NCBI GenBank assembly: GCA_963751385.1
Contig: CAVVUD010000010.1
Coordinates: forward strand, 54 to 64,053
Direction: 5' to 3'
Length of the DNA: 64,000 nucleotides
From: an uncultured Actinomycetota bacterium
GTDB lineage: Bacteria > Actinomycetota > Actinomycetes > Actinomycetales > Dermatophilaceae
A program made the translations under genes and the position numbers. The notes beneath the pieces were generated by a model. The model was not told where the DNA came from, did no database searches, and saw only the letters and a program-made list of their open reading frames with translations. This document shows, piece by piece, positions 20,508 through 30,165 of the stretch. Numbering within the stretch: position 1 is the stretch's first letter; each line of letters opens with the position of its first letter.

Positions 20508-21702
20508 ATGAGACTACTCGTCGTCGGCGGAGGCGTGGCCGGCCCGGCTGTCGCGCTCGCGGCCACCCGGCTCGGGCTCGACGCGACGGTGCTGGAACGT
20601 CGCGCCGTGGCCGACCCCGACGAGGGCTCCTGGGTGACCGTGGCGCCCAACGGCCTCGACGCGCTCGACGTGCTCGGCGTGCTCGGCGACGCCCGCATGA
20701 TCGGCCACCCGAGCCGGCTCAACCGGATGTTCGGGGCCACTGGCCGGCACCTCGGCGACGTCACGCTCGGGATGCCGCTCGACGACGGCAGCGTCGGCCT
20801 CACCCTGAAGCGCTCGGCGCTCGCCGTCCTGCTGGCGGATGCCGCCCGCCGCCAGGGTTCAGACGTGCGGCTCGGTGCCGAGGTCGTGTCCGTGCACGAC
20901 GACGCCGAGGGGGTGCGGGCCGTGCTCGCCGACGGGTCGACCGTCGAGGGAGACCTGCTCGTCGCCGCCGACGGGGTGCGCTCGAGGGTGCGGCGAGCCA
21001 TCGACCCGGCCGCCCCCGACGCCCGCTACGTCGGGCTGACCAACTTCGGCGGCATCACCCGCGGCAGCCGGCTCGGCGACGACCTCACCCCGCAGGCCTG
21101 GCACTTCGTCTTCGGCCGGCGCTCGTTCTTCGGCGCCCACCCGCTGCCGACCGGCGACGTCGTGTGGTTCGCGAACGTGCCGCGCCCCGAGATCGGGCCG
21201 CAGGAGCGGGCTGCGACCTCCGAGGAGCAGTGGCTGGACCTGGCTGGCGGGCCTGGTCGCGGACGACGCCGGCCCGGCATCCGCGCTCGTGGCCGCGGGC
21301 CGGCTCGAGCTCTCGGGCGACAGCACGTTCGACCTTCCCCACGTGCCCACCTGGTGGCGGGGGCGCACCGTGCTCGTCGGGGATGCCGCCCACGCGCCGT
21401 CGCCGAGCAGCGGCCAGGGTGCGGCCCTGGCGCTCGAGGACGCCGTGGTGCTGGCGCGGTCGGTCGCGGCGCACGGAGCCGAGGGGTTGGCGGCCTACGA
21501 GCGCGCGCGGCGCGACCGGGTCGAAGCCATCGTCAAGGCCGGGGCCCGCAGCAGCAGCGCGAAGATCCCGGGCCGGCTCGGCCGGGTGCCGCTCGAGACG
21601 ATGCTGAGCCTGGTGTTCCGCTCGGGCGTGGCCGCGCGGTCGACGCAGGGGTTCACCGCGCACCGGCTGGGTCCGGACCCGGTCGGCTCGCGCGGGGCCT
21701 GA
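20508..21702 (+). CDS. FAD-dependent monooxygenase; frameshift near 21240
   Basis: VVGGGVAG, ADGVRS, LVGDAAHAPSPSSGQGAALALED. Confidence 0.88.
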
Positions 21703-21750
21703 GTCCTCGGCCCGGGCGTGGCCCACCGGTCACGTCGAGGAGACGGGCCG

Positions 21751-22554
21751 TCAACGGGTCGCGGGGTGGTCGAGTCGCTCGGGGTGGGTCACGTACTCGC
21801 GCACGACCCGCGCCATCCGGCCCGCGTGCACGCCGTCGACGACGCGGTGGTCCGCGGTGGCGACGAGCACGAGCACCGGGCGCGCCACGACCTGGCCCTC
21901 GACCACCACGGCGCGTTCCTGAACGGCGCCGACGGCGAGGTAGACCGGGGTGCGGGCGAACGGCAGGGGGGCGAGGAACGCCTCGTCGAGGCCGAGGGTG
22001 CCGACGTTGGACACGAAGGCCGTGCCGAGGGGAAAGCCGGGCTGACCGACGAGACCGCGCCCGAGGCCGCCGGACACCAGGCTCGAGGCCGCCATCACGG
22101 GGCGCATGGTCCAGGCCGGCACCAGCTGCACGAGGCGGGAGGTGCGCCGGTAGGCATGGTCGTGGCCCCGGCGCAGCCGCGCGGCGCCTGCGTCGACGGC
22201 CCGGGCCACCTCGAGCGGGCTGAGCCGGTCGACCCCCGCCACCTTGACCGGCGCGAGGTCGGAGCCCTTGCCGATGTCGACGGCGAAGCCGATGTCACAG
22301 GTCTCGAGCGGCACGAGCCGGCCGAACACGACCCGCGCCCGGATCTCGGGCACGTCGCGCAGCGCGCGCCCCAGCGCCGCCCCGACGACGTGGGTCAGCG
22401 TCACCCGCTCCCCCGACTGGGCCCGCACCCGCTCGAGGTAGTCGAGCGCGACGCTGACGTCGACCTCCATCCGCGCGTAGATCCGACCGTCGCGCGACGG
22501 TCGCCAGGTGGCGACGGCGATCTGCCGGCGCACCGGAGTGCGGCGACGGTTCAC
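21751..22554 (-). CDS. Stand-alone 2-oxoacid dehydrogenase E2-like acyltransferase catalytic domain
   Basis: DIGFAVD, SNVGTLG, ADHRVVDG; no lipoyl domain; GTGA overlap with the SDR gene. Confidence 0.8.
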   Translation of the reverse strand: MNRRRTPVRRQIAVATWRPSRDGRIYARMEVDVSVALDYLERVRAQSGERVTLTHVVGAALGRALRDVPEIRARVVFGRLVPLETCDIGFAVDIGKGSDLAPVKVAGVDRLSPLEVARAVDAGAARLRRGHDHAYRRTSRLVQLVPAWTMRPVMAASSLVSGGLGRGLVGQPGFPLGTAFVSNVGTLGLDEAFLAPLPFARTPVYLAVGAVQERAVVVEGQVVARPVLVLVATADHRVVDGVHAGRMARVVREYVTHPERLDHPATR

Positions 22555-23429
22555 GGCGTCCTCGTGGGGATCGCGGCCGGGGTGTCCGTGGGCACGTCCT
22601 CGGACGCGGCCGCCGTCCTGCTCGCGCGATGGCCGGGGATGCCGGTCAGCACGGTGCGCACGACGGCGCGCGGTGCGTGGGTGACCGCTGCGACGGGAGC
22701 GGCTCGACGGGGCAGCCGCAGGTGGTGGCGGCCGCCCTCGATGGCGCCGACCACCCGACGGGCCACGTCGTCGGGGGCGAGCATCGTGAGGAGGCGTGCC
22801 CGCAGCATCCGGTCGAAGGCAGCCGCCGCGGGGCGGTGCCCGGAGATGCGGCCCATCATCTCGGAGCTGACCGGCCCCAGCTCGACCGCGAGGGTGCCCA
22901 CCGGCCCGCCGCGCAGGTCGGCGCGCAGCCCGGAGGTCAGGTGGGTCAGGCCGGCCTTGGTGGCCCCGTAGGCGGCCAGGCCGGGGAAGGTCGCGACCCC
23001 GGCGAGCGAGGAGATGTTGACGAGGTGGCCGTGCCGGCGCTCGAGCATGCCGGGCAGCACCTGGCGGCACAGCTCGGCCGGGGCGAGGAGGTTGAGCCGC
23101 ACCACCTGCTCGAGGTCGTCGGCGCCGAGGTCGGCCAGGTGGCCCGCGATCTCGATGGCGGCGTTGTTGACCAGGACGTCGACGGGCCGGTGCCCGCGCT
23201 CGACCCGGGCCACGAGGGAGCGCAGGGCCGCCTGCTCGGTGAGGTCGCCCGGGACGGCACGCCCGCCCACCTCGCGGGCGAGGTCGTCGAGGGCGTCACG
23301 ACCTCGCGCCACGACCGTGACGTCGGCCCCGGCCTCCGCGAGACGCACGGCCAGCCGGCGGCCGATGTCGCCCGTGGCGCCGGTGAGGAGGACGTGTGCT
23401 CCGGCGACGCGCATCCAGCCAGTGTCCAC
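22551..23429 (-). CDS. SDR family oxidoreductase
   Basis: TGATGDIG, NNAA, SS, YGATK. Confidence 0.9.
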   Translation of the reverse strand: MDTGWMRVAGAHVLLTGATGDIGRRLAVRLAEAGADVTVVARGRDALDDLAREVGGRAVPGDLTEQAALRSLVARVERGHRPVDVLVNNAAIEIAGHLADLGADDLEQVVRLNLLAPAELCRQVLPGMLERRHGHLVNISSLAGVATFPGLAAYGATKAGLTHLTSGLRADLRGGPVGTLAVELGPVSSEMMGRISGHRPAAAAFDRMLRARLLTMLAPDDVARRVVGAIEGGRHHLRLPRRAAPVAAVTHAPRAVVRTVLTGIPGHRASRTAAASEDVPTDTPAAIPTRTP

Positions 23430-23583
23430 GACCCCACGCCCGTGCCCGGCATCCGTTCGGTGCGATGCCGGGCCGCCTGTCGAACCTTCGCCGCGGCGGA
23501 CGAGCGTGTGTCGTTGGCCACAGCCGCCGTTCCGCCCTGCGGAAGACGGCTGGGTGGAGTTGAGCCGATGGTGGACAATCTGG

Positions 23584-23602
23584 TTAGGTAAGCCTCACCT
23601 AC
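23584..23602 (+). promoter_or_regulatory. IdeR/DtxR/DmdR iron box
   Basis: TTAGGTAAGCCTCACCTAC resembles the DtxR-family consensus TTAGGTTAGCCTAACCTAA and sits directly upstream of bfd-bfr. Confidence 0.85.
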
Positions 23603-23646
23603 TCGACTCCGGGCTCCGGGGACCGCCGACATCAGAAAGGGATGCC

Positions 23647-23853
23647 GTGATCGTCTGTCACTGCCACGTCGTCAACGACGCGGCCGTCGCTGCGGCGGTC
23701 GACGCCGGCGCGCGCACCCTCTCCGAGGTCTGCCGCTCCACCGGTGCGGGTCGGGACTGTGGCGCCTGCGTCTTCTCGGTGCGACGACTGGTGTGCGAGC
23801 ATGTGGCACTCCAGGTCCCCGAGAGCGCGGAGGCGTGCCATGCGGCCAGTTGA
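23647..23853 (+). CDS. bfd: Bacterioferritin-associated [2Fe-2S] ferredoxin
   Basis: IVCHCHVVND...GAGRDCGAC; RBS GAAAGG. Confidence 0.88.
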   Translation: MIVCHCHVVNDAAVAAAVDAGARTLSEVCRSTGAGRDCGACVFSVRRLVCEHVALQVPESAEACHAAS

Positions 23854-24322
23854 CCCCAGGATCGTCGAGCTCCTCAACGACGCGTTGACCCTCGAGCTGA
23901 GCGTCGTCAACAAGTACTTCCTCAACGCCCGGATGCTCGACAACTGGGGCTTCCCCAAGCTCGGCAAGGTGTTCTACGACCTGTCGATCGACGAGATGCG
24001 CGACGCCGACTCCCTCATCACCCGCGTGCTGTTCTTCGAGGGCCACCCGAACATCCAGCGGCTGCACGCCATCCGGGTCGGTGAGGACTCCGAGGAGATG
24101 CTCCGCCTGGCGCTCGAGGGCGAGCTCGCCGCCGTGGCGCAGTTCAACGCCTCCGCCCAGGAGTGCCACGACCTCGGTGACCACGCCACCGCCTCGCTGT
24201 TCGAGGCGATGGCGCTCGACGAGGAGAAGCACGCCGACTGGTTCGAGAGCCAGGTCGAGGCGATGATGCGCGTCGGCCTGCCCCAGTACCTGGCGCAGCA
24301 GATGGACACCTCCGCACCCTGA
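23840..24322 (+). CDS. bfr: Bacterioferritin
   Basis: LNDALTLEL, SIDEMRDAD, FFEGHPN, DEEKHADWFE, YLAQQM. Confidence 0.92.
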   Translation: MRPVDPRIVELLNDALTLELSVVNKYFLNARMLDNWGFPKLGKVFYDLSIDEMRDADSLITRVLFFEGHPNIQRLHAIRVGEDSEEMLRLALEGELAAVAQFNASAQECHDLGDHATASLFEAMALDEEKHADWFESQVEAMMRVGLPQYLAQQMDTSAP

Positions 24323-24336
24323 GCCGGGGCCCTTGC

Positions 24337-24945
24337 TCAGCGGTTCGCGGGGCTGAGCGCCATCGCGTAGATGCGCGCTCCCGGTGGGCCGGGCAGCTCG
24401 CCGAAGCCCAGCCGCTCGTAGAACGCCTGCGCGCCCGCGTTGGACTCGTCGACGCCGAGGTGCACGCCGGTCGCACCGGCCGCCGCCACCCCCTCGAGCA
24501 CCGCCTCGACGACCCGCCGTCCCCAGCCCTGGCCCTGCAGCCGCGGTAGGAGGTCGACGTGGAGGTGAGCCGGGTGGGCGGCGAGCAGCCCGGCATCCGT
24601 GCGGGTGGGGTGGTGCAGCCGCTCGACCAGGGCGGCATCGGCCGGCGTGGTGCCGCTGCCGAGCGGGTGGCGCTCGCGCAGGGGCGGGAGCCAGACCTCG
24701 TCGACCCACCGCTCGAAGGCCACGGTGTCGGGGACGGCGAGGCAGTAGCCGGCCACGCCGCTGTCGTCGTGCAGCACGCGCGTGACGGCATCGGGAAAGG
24801 TGAGGTAGGGCCCCGCCCACACGTGGCCGAGCAGGTCGGGGTCGTCGTGCAGGGGGCTGGCGTCGTCACCGGCGTCACCGGTGAGCAGGCAGACCCGGTA
24901 GACCCCGGCGAGGTCGTGCAGCGTGCCGGGCCGCATCGTCGTCAC
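24337..24945 (-). CDS. GNAT acetyltransferase
   Basis: YRVCLLTGDAG, PAHLHVDLLPRLQGQGWG, NAGAQAFYERLGF. Confidence 0.88.
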   Translation of the reverse strand: MTTMRPGTLHDLAGVYRVCLLTGDAGDDASPLHDDPDLLGHVWAGPYLTFPDAVTRVLHDDSGVAGYCLAVPDTVAFERWVDEVWLPPLRERHPLGSGTTPADAALVERLHHPTRTDAGLLAAHPAHLHVDLLPRLQGQGWGRRVVEAVLEGVAAAGATGVHLGVDESNAGAQAFYERLGFGELPGPPGARIYAMALSPANR

Positions 24946-25008
24946 CGGGCCCACGCTAGCGGCGGTCGCGGGCGCGCGGCTGTCGGGACAGGGTCGTAAC
25001 GTTCCCCC

Positions 25009-25455
25009 ATGAGCGACTGGGGCGGGGTCATCGCGGCGATCGGGCGGGCCCAGCAGGGGCTCGACGGAGGCCAGGAGGCGCTGCTGGAGCAGTGGGTGGC
25101 GACCCCGGACGACGACCACGCGCGCCGGTGCGTGCTCGCGCACTACCTCGCCGACCGCGAGCCCGAGCTCGCCGACGAGGTGGCGTGGGACGAGCTCGCC
25201 CTGCGCGAGCACGGGTACCTCGCCGACGACGCCCTGGCGTCGATCGGCATCCCGTCGGCGCGCGGGATGGCGCCGAGCCTGCACCTCAACCTCGGCGACG
25301 GCTACCTGCGCCAGGGGCGCGTCGAGGAGGCGCGGGTCCAGCTCGAGGCCGGGCTGGAGGCCGCCGACGCCCTGGGCGACGACGCCTACGGCGCCATGGT
25401 GAGTGGTGGGCTCGGGCGGCTGGCCGTGCGGGTGGCCGGGGCCGGCGACGGGTGA
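25009..25455 (+). CDS. Small TPR-like hypothetical protein
   Basis: RCVLAHYLAD..W..AL, PSLHLNLGDGY, DAYGAMV pattern. Confidence 0.65.
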   Translation: MSDWGGVIAAIGRAQQGLDGGQEALLEQWVATPDDDHARRCVLAHYLADREPELADEVAWDELALREHGYLADDALASIGIPSARGMAPSLHLNLGDGYLRQGRVEEARVQLEAGLEAADALGDDAYGAMVSGGLGRLAVRVAGAGDG

Positions 25456-25460
25456 GCGGA

Positions 25461-28247
25461 TCAGGTCGGGCCGAAACCGGTCGTGACGAGCACGAGCTCG
25501 CCGGCCTCGTCGGTGGCGGCGAGGTCGAGCTCGGCGGTGATCCGCCAGTCGTGGTCGCCGTCGGGGTCGTCGAGGATCTGGGCCACGACCCAGTGGTCGT
25601 CCTCCTCGACGACGCGGAACAGCCCCGGCCCACGCGCCTGCGGGCCGGTACCCAGGTCGTCGTACTCGGTGCGGTACCCGGCGGCCGCGGCCGCCCAGTC
25701 GTCCTGCGTGAGGCCACCGTCGAGCGCGGCCAGCGCGGCATACCGCCCGAGCGAGACCAGCTCGATGCGGCGGAACATGCTCTGCCGCACCATGACTCGA
25801 AGGGCCCGCGGGTTCGCCGACAGCGCCCGGTTCTCGCTCGGGGTGCGCACCTCGGTGAGCGCCTCGTCGCTCGGGTTGGCCAGCGCCTCCCACTCGTCGA
25901 GCAGGCTGGAGTCGGTGTGGCGCACCACCTCACCGAGCCACTCGACGAGGTCGTCGAGCTCCTCGGTGCGCGCCGACGTCGGCACCGTCGAGCGCAGCGC
26001 CCGGTAGGCGTCGGTGAGGTAGCGCAGCACCACACCCTCCGCGCGGAACAGCTTGTGGTGGGCGACGAACTCCCCGAAGGTCATCGCCCGCTCGAACATC
26101 TCGCGCACGACCGACTTCGGCGACAGGCCGCGCGGGTCGACCCACGGGTGGGTCTGCCGGTAGACCCGCAGGGCGGCCTCGAGCTCCTCGGCCAGGGGGC
26201 GCGGCCACGTGACGTCGTCGAGGGCGTCCATCCGGTCCTCGTAGTCCATGCCGTCGGCCTTCATCGCGCCGACCGCCTCGCCCCGGGCCTCGAAGCGCTG
26301 GGCCATGAGCACCGGCCTCGGGTCGTCGAGGGTGGCCTCGATGACGCTGACGACGTCGAGGGCGTAGCCGGGCGCCTCGGGGTCGAGCATCTCGAGCACC
26401 GCGAGGGCGAAGGCCGACAGCGGCTGGTTGAGCGCGAACCCGTCACCGAGGTCGAGCGCCACCTGGAACGGGCCCTCGGCGCAACGCCGCTCGTCGCCGC
26501 GCACGAAGTGCTCCAGGGCCCCGACGACCCGGTGCTCGGGCACGGGTGCCGGTTCCGCTTCGTCCGGGCTTGCCGCCGGTGACTGCGCAGACCGGTGACC
26601 CGCAGCGGCGAGCAGCTCGCCGATCGGACCGAGGTCCTCGGCGTCGACGTGCTCGGGGATGCCGTCCGCCTCGGCCCCGTCGTCGCCGGCCGGAGCGTCG
26701 GGGTCAGCGTCGGAGGAAGGCGACGCGACGGCATCCGGGAGGTCGTCGGGCAGCCACTCCTGGACGGTGGAGCCGTCGTCGGGCTCGACCACCTTGGCCC
26801 GCAGCAGCGAGGCGAGCACCTGCACGGCCCGCTCGACGAGGGCCTCGCGCCGGGCCGGCTCCTCGTGGTTGTCCAGGAGGAGGGTGTTGAGCGCGGCCTG
26901 CTGCCCCTCCCACTGGTCGAGCACGTTGAGCACCATCGCGTGGTTGACCCGCATCTTCGAGGTCAGGGGCTCGGGGGCCGCCGCGACGAGCCGGTCGTAG
27001 GTCGCCTCGGTGTAGGTGAGGGTGCCCTCCTGGGGCTTCTTGTGCACCACCTTGCGCCGCTTCTTCGGGTCCTCCCCCGCCTTGGCGAGGGCCTTGGCGT
27101 TGAGGACGACGTGCTCGGGAGCCTGCACCACCACGTAGCCGACGGTGTCGAAGCCCGCCCGCCCGGCCCGCCCGGCGATCTGGTGGAACTCGCGCGCCCG
27201 CAGCACCCGCTGCTTGCGCCCGTCGAACTTGGTCAGCGAGGTGAGCAGCACGGTGCGGATCGGCACGTTGATGCCGACGCCGAGGGTGTCGGTGCCGCAG
27301 ATGACGGCCAGCAGCCCGGCCTGCGCGAGGGTCTCGACGAGCCGCCGGTACTTCGGCAGCATCCCCGCGTGGTGGACGCCCACGCCGTGCAGCACGAGGC
27401 GGCGCAGGGTGGCACCGAAGCCCTTGCCGAAGCGGAAGCCACCGACAGCGTCCCTGATGGCCGCCTTGCGCGCGCTCGACACCAGCTCGACGCTGGTCAG
27501 CGCCTGGGCCTGCTCCACCGCCGACGCCTGGGTGAACGACACGACGTAGATCGGGCCGCGGTCGTCGCGCAGCAGCAGCTCGATGGTCTCGTGCACCGCG
27601 GTGAGGGCCCACGAGAACTCCAGCGGCACCGGCCGCTCCGTGCCGGTGATGGCCACCACCTCACGACCCGTACGGCGGGTGAGGTCCTCCTCGAAGAACG
27701 CCGTCTCCCCCAGGGTGGCCGACATCAGCAGGAACTGGGTGTCGGGCATGAGCAGCAGCGGCACCTGCCAGGCCCAGCCCCGGTCGGGCTCGGTGTAGAA
27801 GTGGAACTCGTCCATGACGACCAGGCCGATGTCGGCGAGCTCGCGGTCGCGTAGCGCGTGGTTGGCCAGCACCTCGGCCGTCGCGCAGATGATCGGGGCC
27901 CCCGGGTTGACGGCCGCGTCGCCGGTCAGCATCCCCACCTGCTCGGCCCCGAAGATCTCGACGAGCGCGAAGAACTTCTCGCTCACCAAGGCCTTGATCG
28001 GGGCGGTGTACCAGCTGCGCCGGTCCTCGGCGAGCGCCTGAGCGTGCGCAGCGACCGCCACGAGCGACTTGCCCGACCCGGTGGGCGTGGCGAGCACCAC
28101 GTGGGCGCCACCGGCCAGGGCCAGCACCGCCTCCTCCTGCGCCGTGTACAGGGAGAAGCCCCGCTCACCGGCCCAGTCGAGGAAGACGTCGAACGCGGCA
28201 TCCGCGCCGGTGGCGGAGGCTCCGGACAGGCGGTCGGTGAGGGTCAT
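25461..28247 (-). CDS. Ski2-like DEAD/DEAH helicase with DUF3516
   Basis: TPTGSGKS, DEFH, MSAT, HHAGML, TDTLGVGIN, QIAGRAGR, DSSLLDEWE. Confidence 0.92.
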   Translation of the reverse strand: MTLTDRLSGASATGADAAFDVFLDWAGERGFSLYTAQEEAVLALAGGAHVVLATPTGSGKSLVAVAAHAQALAEDRRSWYTAPIKALVSEKFFALVEIFGAEQVGMLTGDAAVNPGAPIICATAEVLANHALRDRELADIGLVVMDEFHFYTEPDRGWAWQVPLLLMPDTQFLLMSATLGETAFFEEDLTRRTGREVVAITGTERPVPLEFSWALTAVHETIELLLRDDRGPIYVVSFTQASAVEQAQALTSVELVSSARKAAIRDAVGGFRFGKGFGATLRRLVLHGVGVHHAGMLPKYRRLVETLAQAGLLAVICGTDTLGVGINVPIRTVLLTSLTKFDGRKQRVLRAREFHQIAGRAGRAGFDTVGYVVVQAPEHVVLNAKALAKAGEDPKKRRKVVHKKPQEGTLTYTEATYDRLVAAAPEPLTSKMRVNHAMVLNVLDQWEGQQAALNTLLLDNHEEPARREALVERAVQVLASLLRAKVVEPDDGSTVQEWLPDDLPDAVASPSSDADPDAPAGDDGAEADGIPEHVDAEDLGPIGELLAAAGHRSAQSPAASPDEAEPAPVPEHRVVGALEHFVRGDERRCAEGPFQVALDLGDGFALNQPLSAFALAVLEMLDPEAPGYALDVVSVIEATLDDPRPVLMAQRFEARGEAVGAMKADGMDYEDRMDALDDVTWPRPLAEELEAALRVYRQTHPWVDPRGLSPKSVVREMFERAMTFGEFVAHHKLFRAEGVVLRYLTDAYRALRSTVPTSARTEELDDLVEWLGEVVRHTDSSLLDEWEALANPSDEALTEVRTPSENRALSANPRALRVMVRQSMFRRIELVSLGRYAALAALDGGLTQDDWAAAAAGYRTEYDDLGTGPQARGPGLFRVVEEDDHWVVAQILDDPDGDHDWRITAELDLAATDEAGELVLVTTGFGPT

Positions 28248-28304
28248 CGTGCTCGATTCTCCCCCACCGCAGCGCCACGGTCGCGCCGCGACGGGCCCGG
28301 CGGC

Positions 28305-28733
28305 TCAGCAGGGTTGCTCGTTGTTGGTCTCCCAGGACCGGCGGACCAGCTCGGCGAGCACCTCGCGGTCGACGTCGTCGAGCCGCTTGACGTAGACGCA
28401 GCCCTTGCCGGTCGTGTGCGGCCCGAGCCGCTCGAGCAGGTCGGTGTTGGTGCCGTAGTACGTCAGGCCGTAGAGCGTCAGCGCCGCCTTGCGCGGGGCC
28501 AGGCCGACCGCGAACCACTCGCGTTCCTTGCCGTCGGCGGTGCGGTAGGGCTGGCGACCGAACCCGATGGTGGTGGTCCCCCACATCCGCGGCGACGCCC
28601 CGGTGACCTCACGGATGAGGTCGACCACGGCGCGGGCGTCGTCGCGGCGCCGCACGTCGGTGACACCGTCGAGGTAGGCCGTGACGTCGGCATCCGTGGG
28701 CTGGGTGATCCGGTCGGTGCTGCCCTCGGCCAT
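28305..28733 (-). CDS. DUF1801 (YdhG-like) protein
   Basis: MWGTTTIGFG, GLAPRKAALTLY, LGPHTTGKGCVYVKRL. Confidence 0.85.
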   Translation of the reverse strand: MAEGSTDRITQPTDADVTAYLDGVTDVRRRDDARAVVDLIREVTGASPRMWGTTTIGFGRQPYRTADGKEREWFAVGLAPRKAALTLYGLTYYGTNTDLLERLGPHTTGKGCVYVKRLDDVDREVLAELVRRSWETNNEQPC

Positions 28734-28858
28734 GGTTGCCTCCCGGTCCGTCGTGGCCCTCCACGGTAGGGGCGTCCGCTCACGCGGGGAAGTGGCAGGG
28801 CAGACAGCAGCGGGCTCTGGCGGCGCCGGGTTCGGGCTGCGAGGCTGGGGACGAGGAG

Positions 28859-29324
28859 ATGATGACGATGGTGGAGCCCGAGATCGTCGAGCTGCCGTCC
28901 GAGACGGTGGCCGTGGTGCGCAGCGTGGTGGCCATGGACGGGTTGGCCGCCTTCTTCGGTGAGGCCTACGGGCGGGTAGCGGGTGCGGTTCCCGCCGCCG
29001 GTGGCCGGGTCACCGGCGCACCCTTCGCCTGGTACCACGGGATGCCGGGCGAGACCGTCGACGTCTCCGCCGGCTTCGTCGTGGCCGGCGACGTGCACGT
29101 GCCCGACGGTGGCGTGCACGTGCGTGGAGCGCCCGGGCGGGCGCGCCCTGGTGACGGAGCACGCGGGGTCGTACGACGGCCTGGGCGGTGCCTGGGCCGA
29201 GCTCGCCTCGGCGGTGGTGGCCCGGGGCTGGCAGGGTCGCGACGACTTCTGGGAGGAGTACCTCACCGAGCCCACCGGCGACCCTTCGGCGCTGCGCACC
29301 CGCCTGGTGATGCCGCTGGCCTGA
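28859..29324 (+). CDS. GyrI-like small-molecule-binding protein; frameshift near 29125
   Basis: FFGEAYGRV, GAPFAWYHG, HAGSYDGLGGAW, WEEYLTEP. Confidence 0.8.
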
Positions 29325-29330
29325 GCGCCG

Positions 29331-29400
29331 AGCCCCGCACGTGCGGGGTTATCGCGGTCACCTCGCCGACCTGACAGCAACAGCCCCGCACGTGCCGGGG
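29331..29400. repeat. Short palindromic intergenic repeat pair
   Basis: AGCCCCGCACGTGC at 29331 and 29382; the first lies within the palindrome CCCCGCACGTGCGGGG. Confidence 0.55.
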
Positions 29401-29408
29401 GCGTCGGG

Positions 29409-30064
29409 TCAGCGGGTACGGGGCGCGGTGGTCGCGCCGACGTGCTCGGTGAGCCAGTCGACGAGGGGGCGCACGGCTCGCCAGTCACTGCGCACGTGGT
29501 CGACGACCTCCGGGGTCGACAGCCACGGCGGTGCACCGTGCTCGCGCTTCGCGATGAGGTTCCTGAACCGCATCAGTTCCAGGCGCGGGTGGTCGGCCGG
29601 CACGCCGCGGGGACGGGTGGCGACCCGGTCGCCACCCAGCTCGAACCGGGCCGCGGTGAGGCGGTCGACGACGCCCGCAGGTCGTGGCCGGATCGCGGCG
29701 CGTCGATCGCCGCGCGCAGCCGCGGGAGCTGGTCGGGGCCGGTCGGGTAGAAGCCGCCGCCGGTCATCAGCCCGTCGCCGTTGACGTGCACGTAGAAGCC
29801 CATCCCCGGCACGGTCGTCGCGAGCGCGCCCTGGTGGTCCTTGTAGGGCGACTTGTCCTTGCTGAAACGCACGTCACGGTTGGGCCGGTAGAGGTGCGCG
29901 GGCCCGAACTCGTCCTCGAGGGCGTCGAGCAGGCCCTCGAGCGGCTCGCGCACCGACGCGGTGTAGCGCTCCTTGTTGGCTTGCCACCAGGCGCGGGTGT
30001 TTGCGGCGCCCAGCTCGTCGTAGAAGTCGAGCGCATCGGCCGGGATGCCGGTGAAGGTGCTCAT
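29409..30064 (-). CDS. DUF2461 protein; frameshift near 29675
   Basis: NTRAWWQANK, RPNRDVRFSKDKSPYK, HPRLELMR, PLVDWL. Confidence 0.88.
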
Positions 30065-30165
30065 GCGCCCAATGTGGCACGGGCGCACCACCGGGTCACC
30101 CCGCCCGGGACCGAGTTGGGTGCTGAAGCGGTCGCTCCGGCAACCACCTGAGCACCCGACTCCGG

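Noticed and set aside
19697-25000. Integrative element at tRNA-Leu
   Set aside because: No integrase, no duplicated tRNA 3' end seen, and no composition shift.
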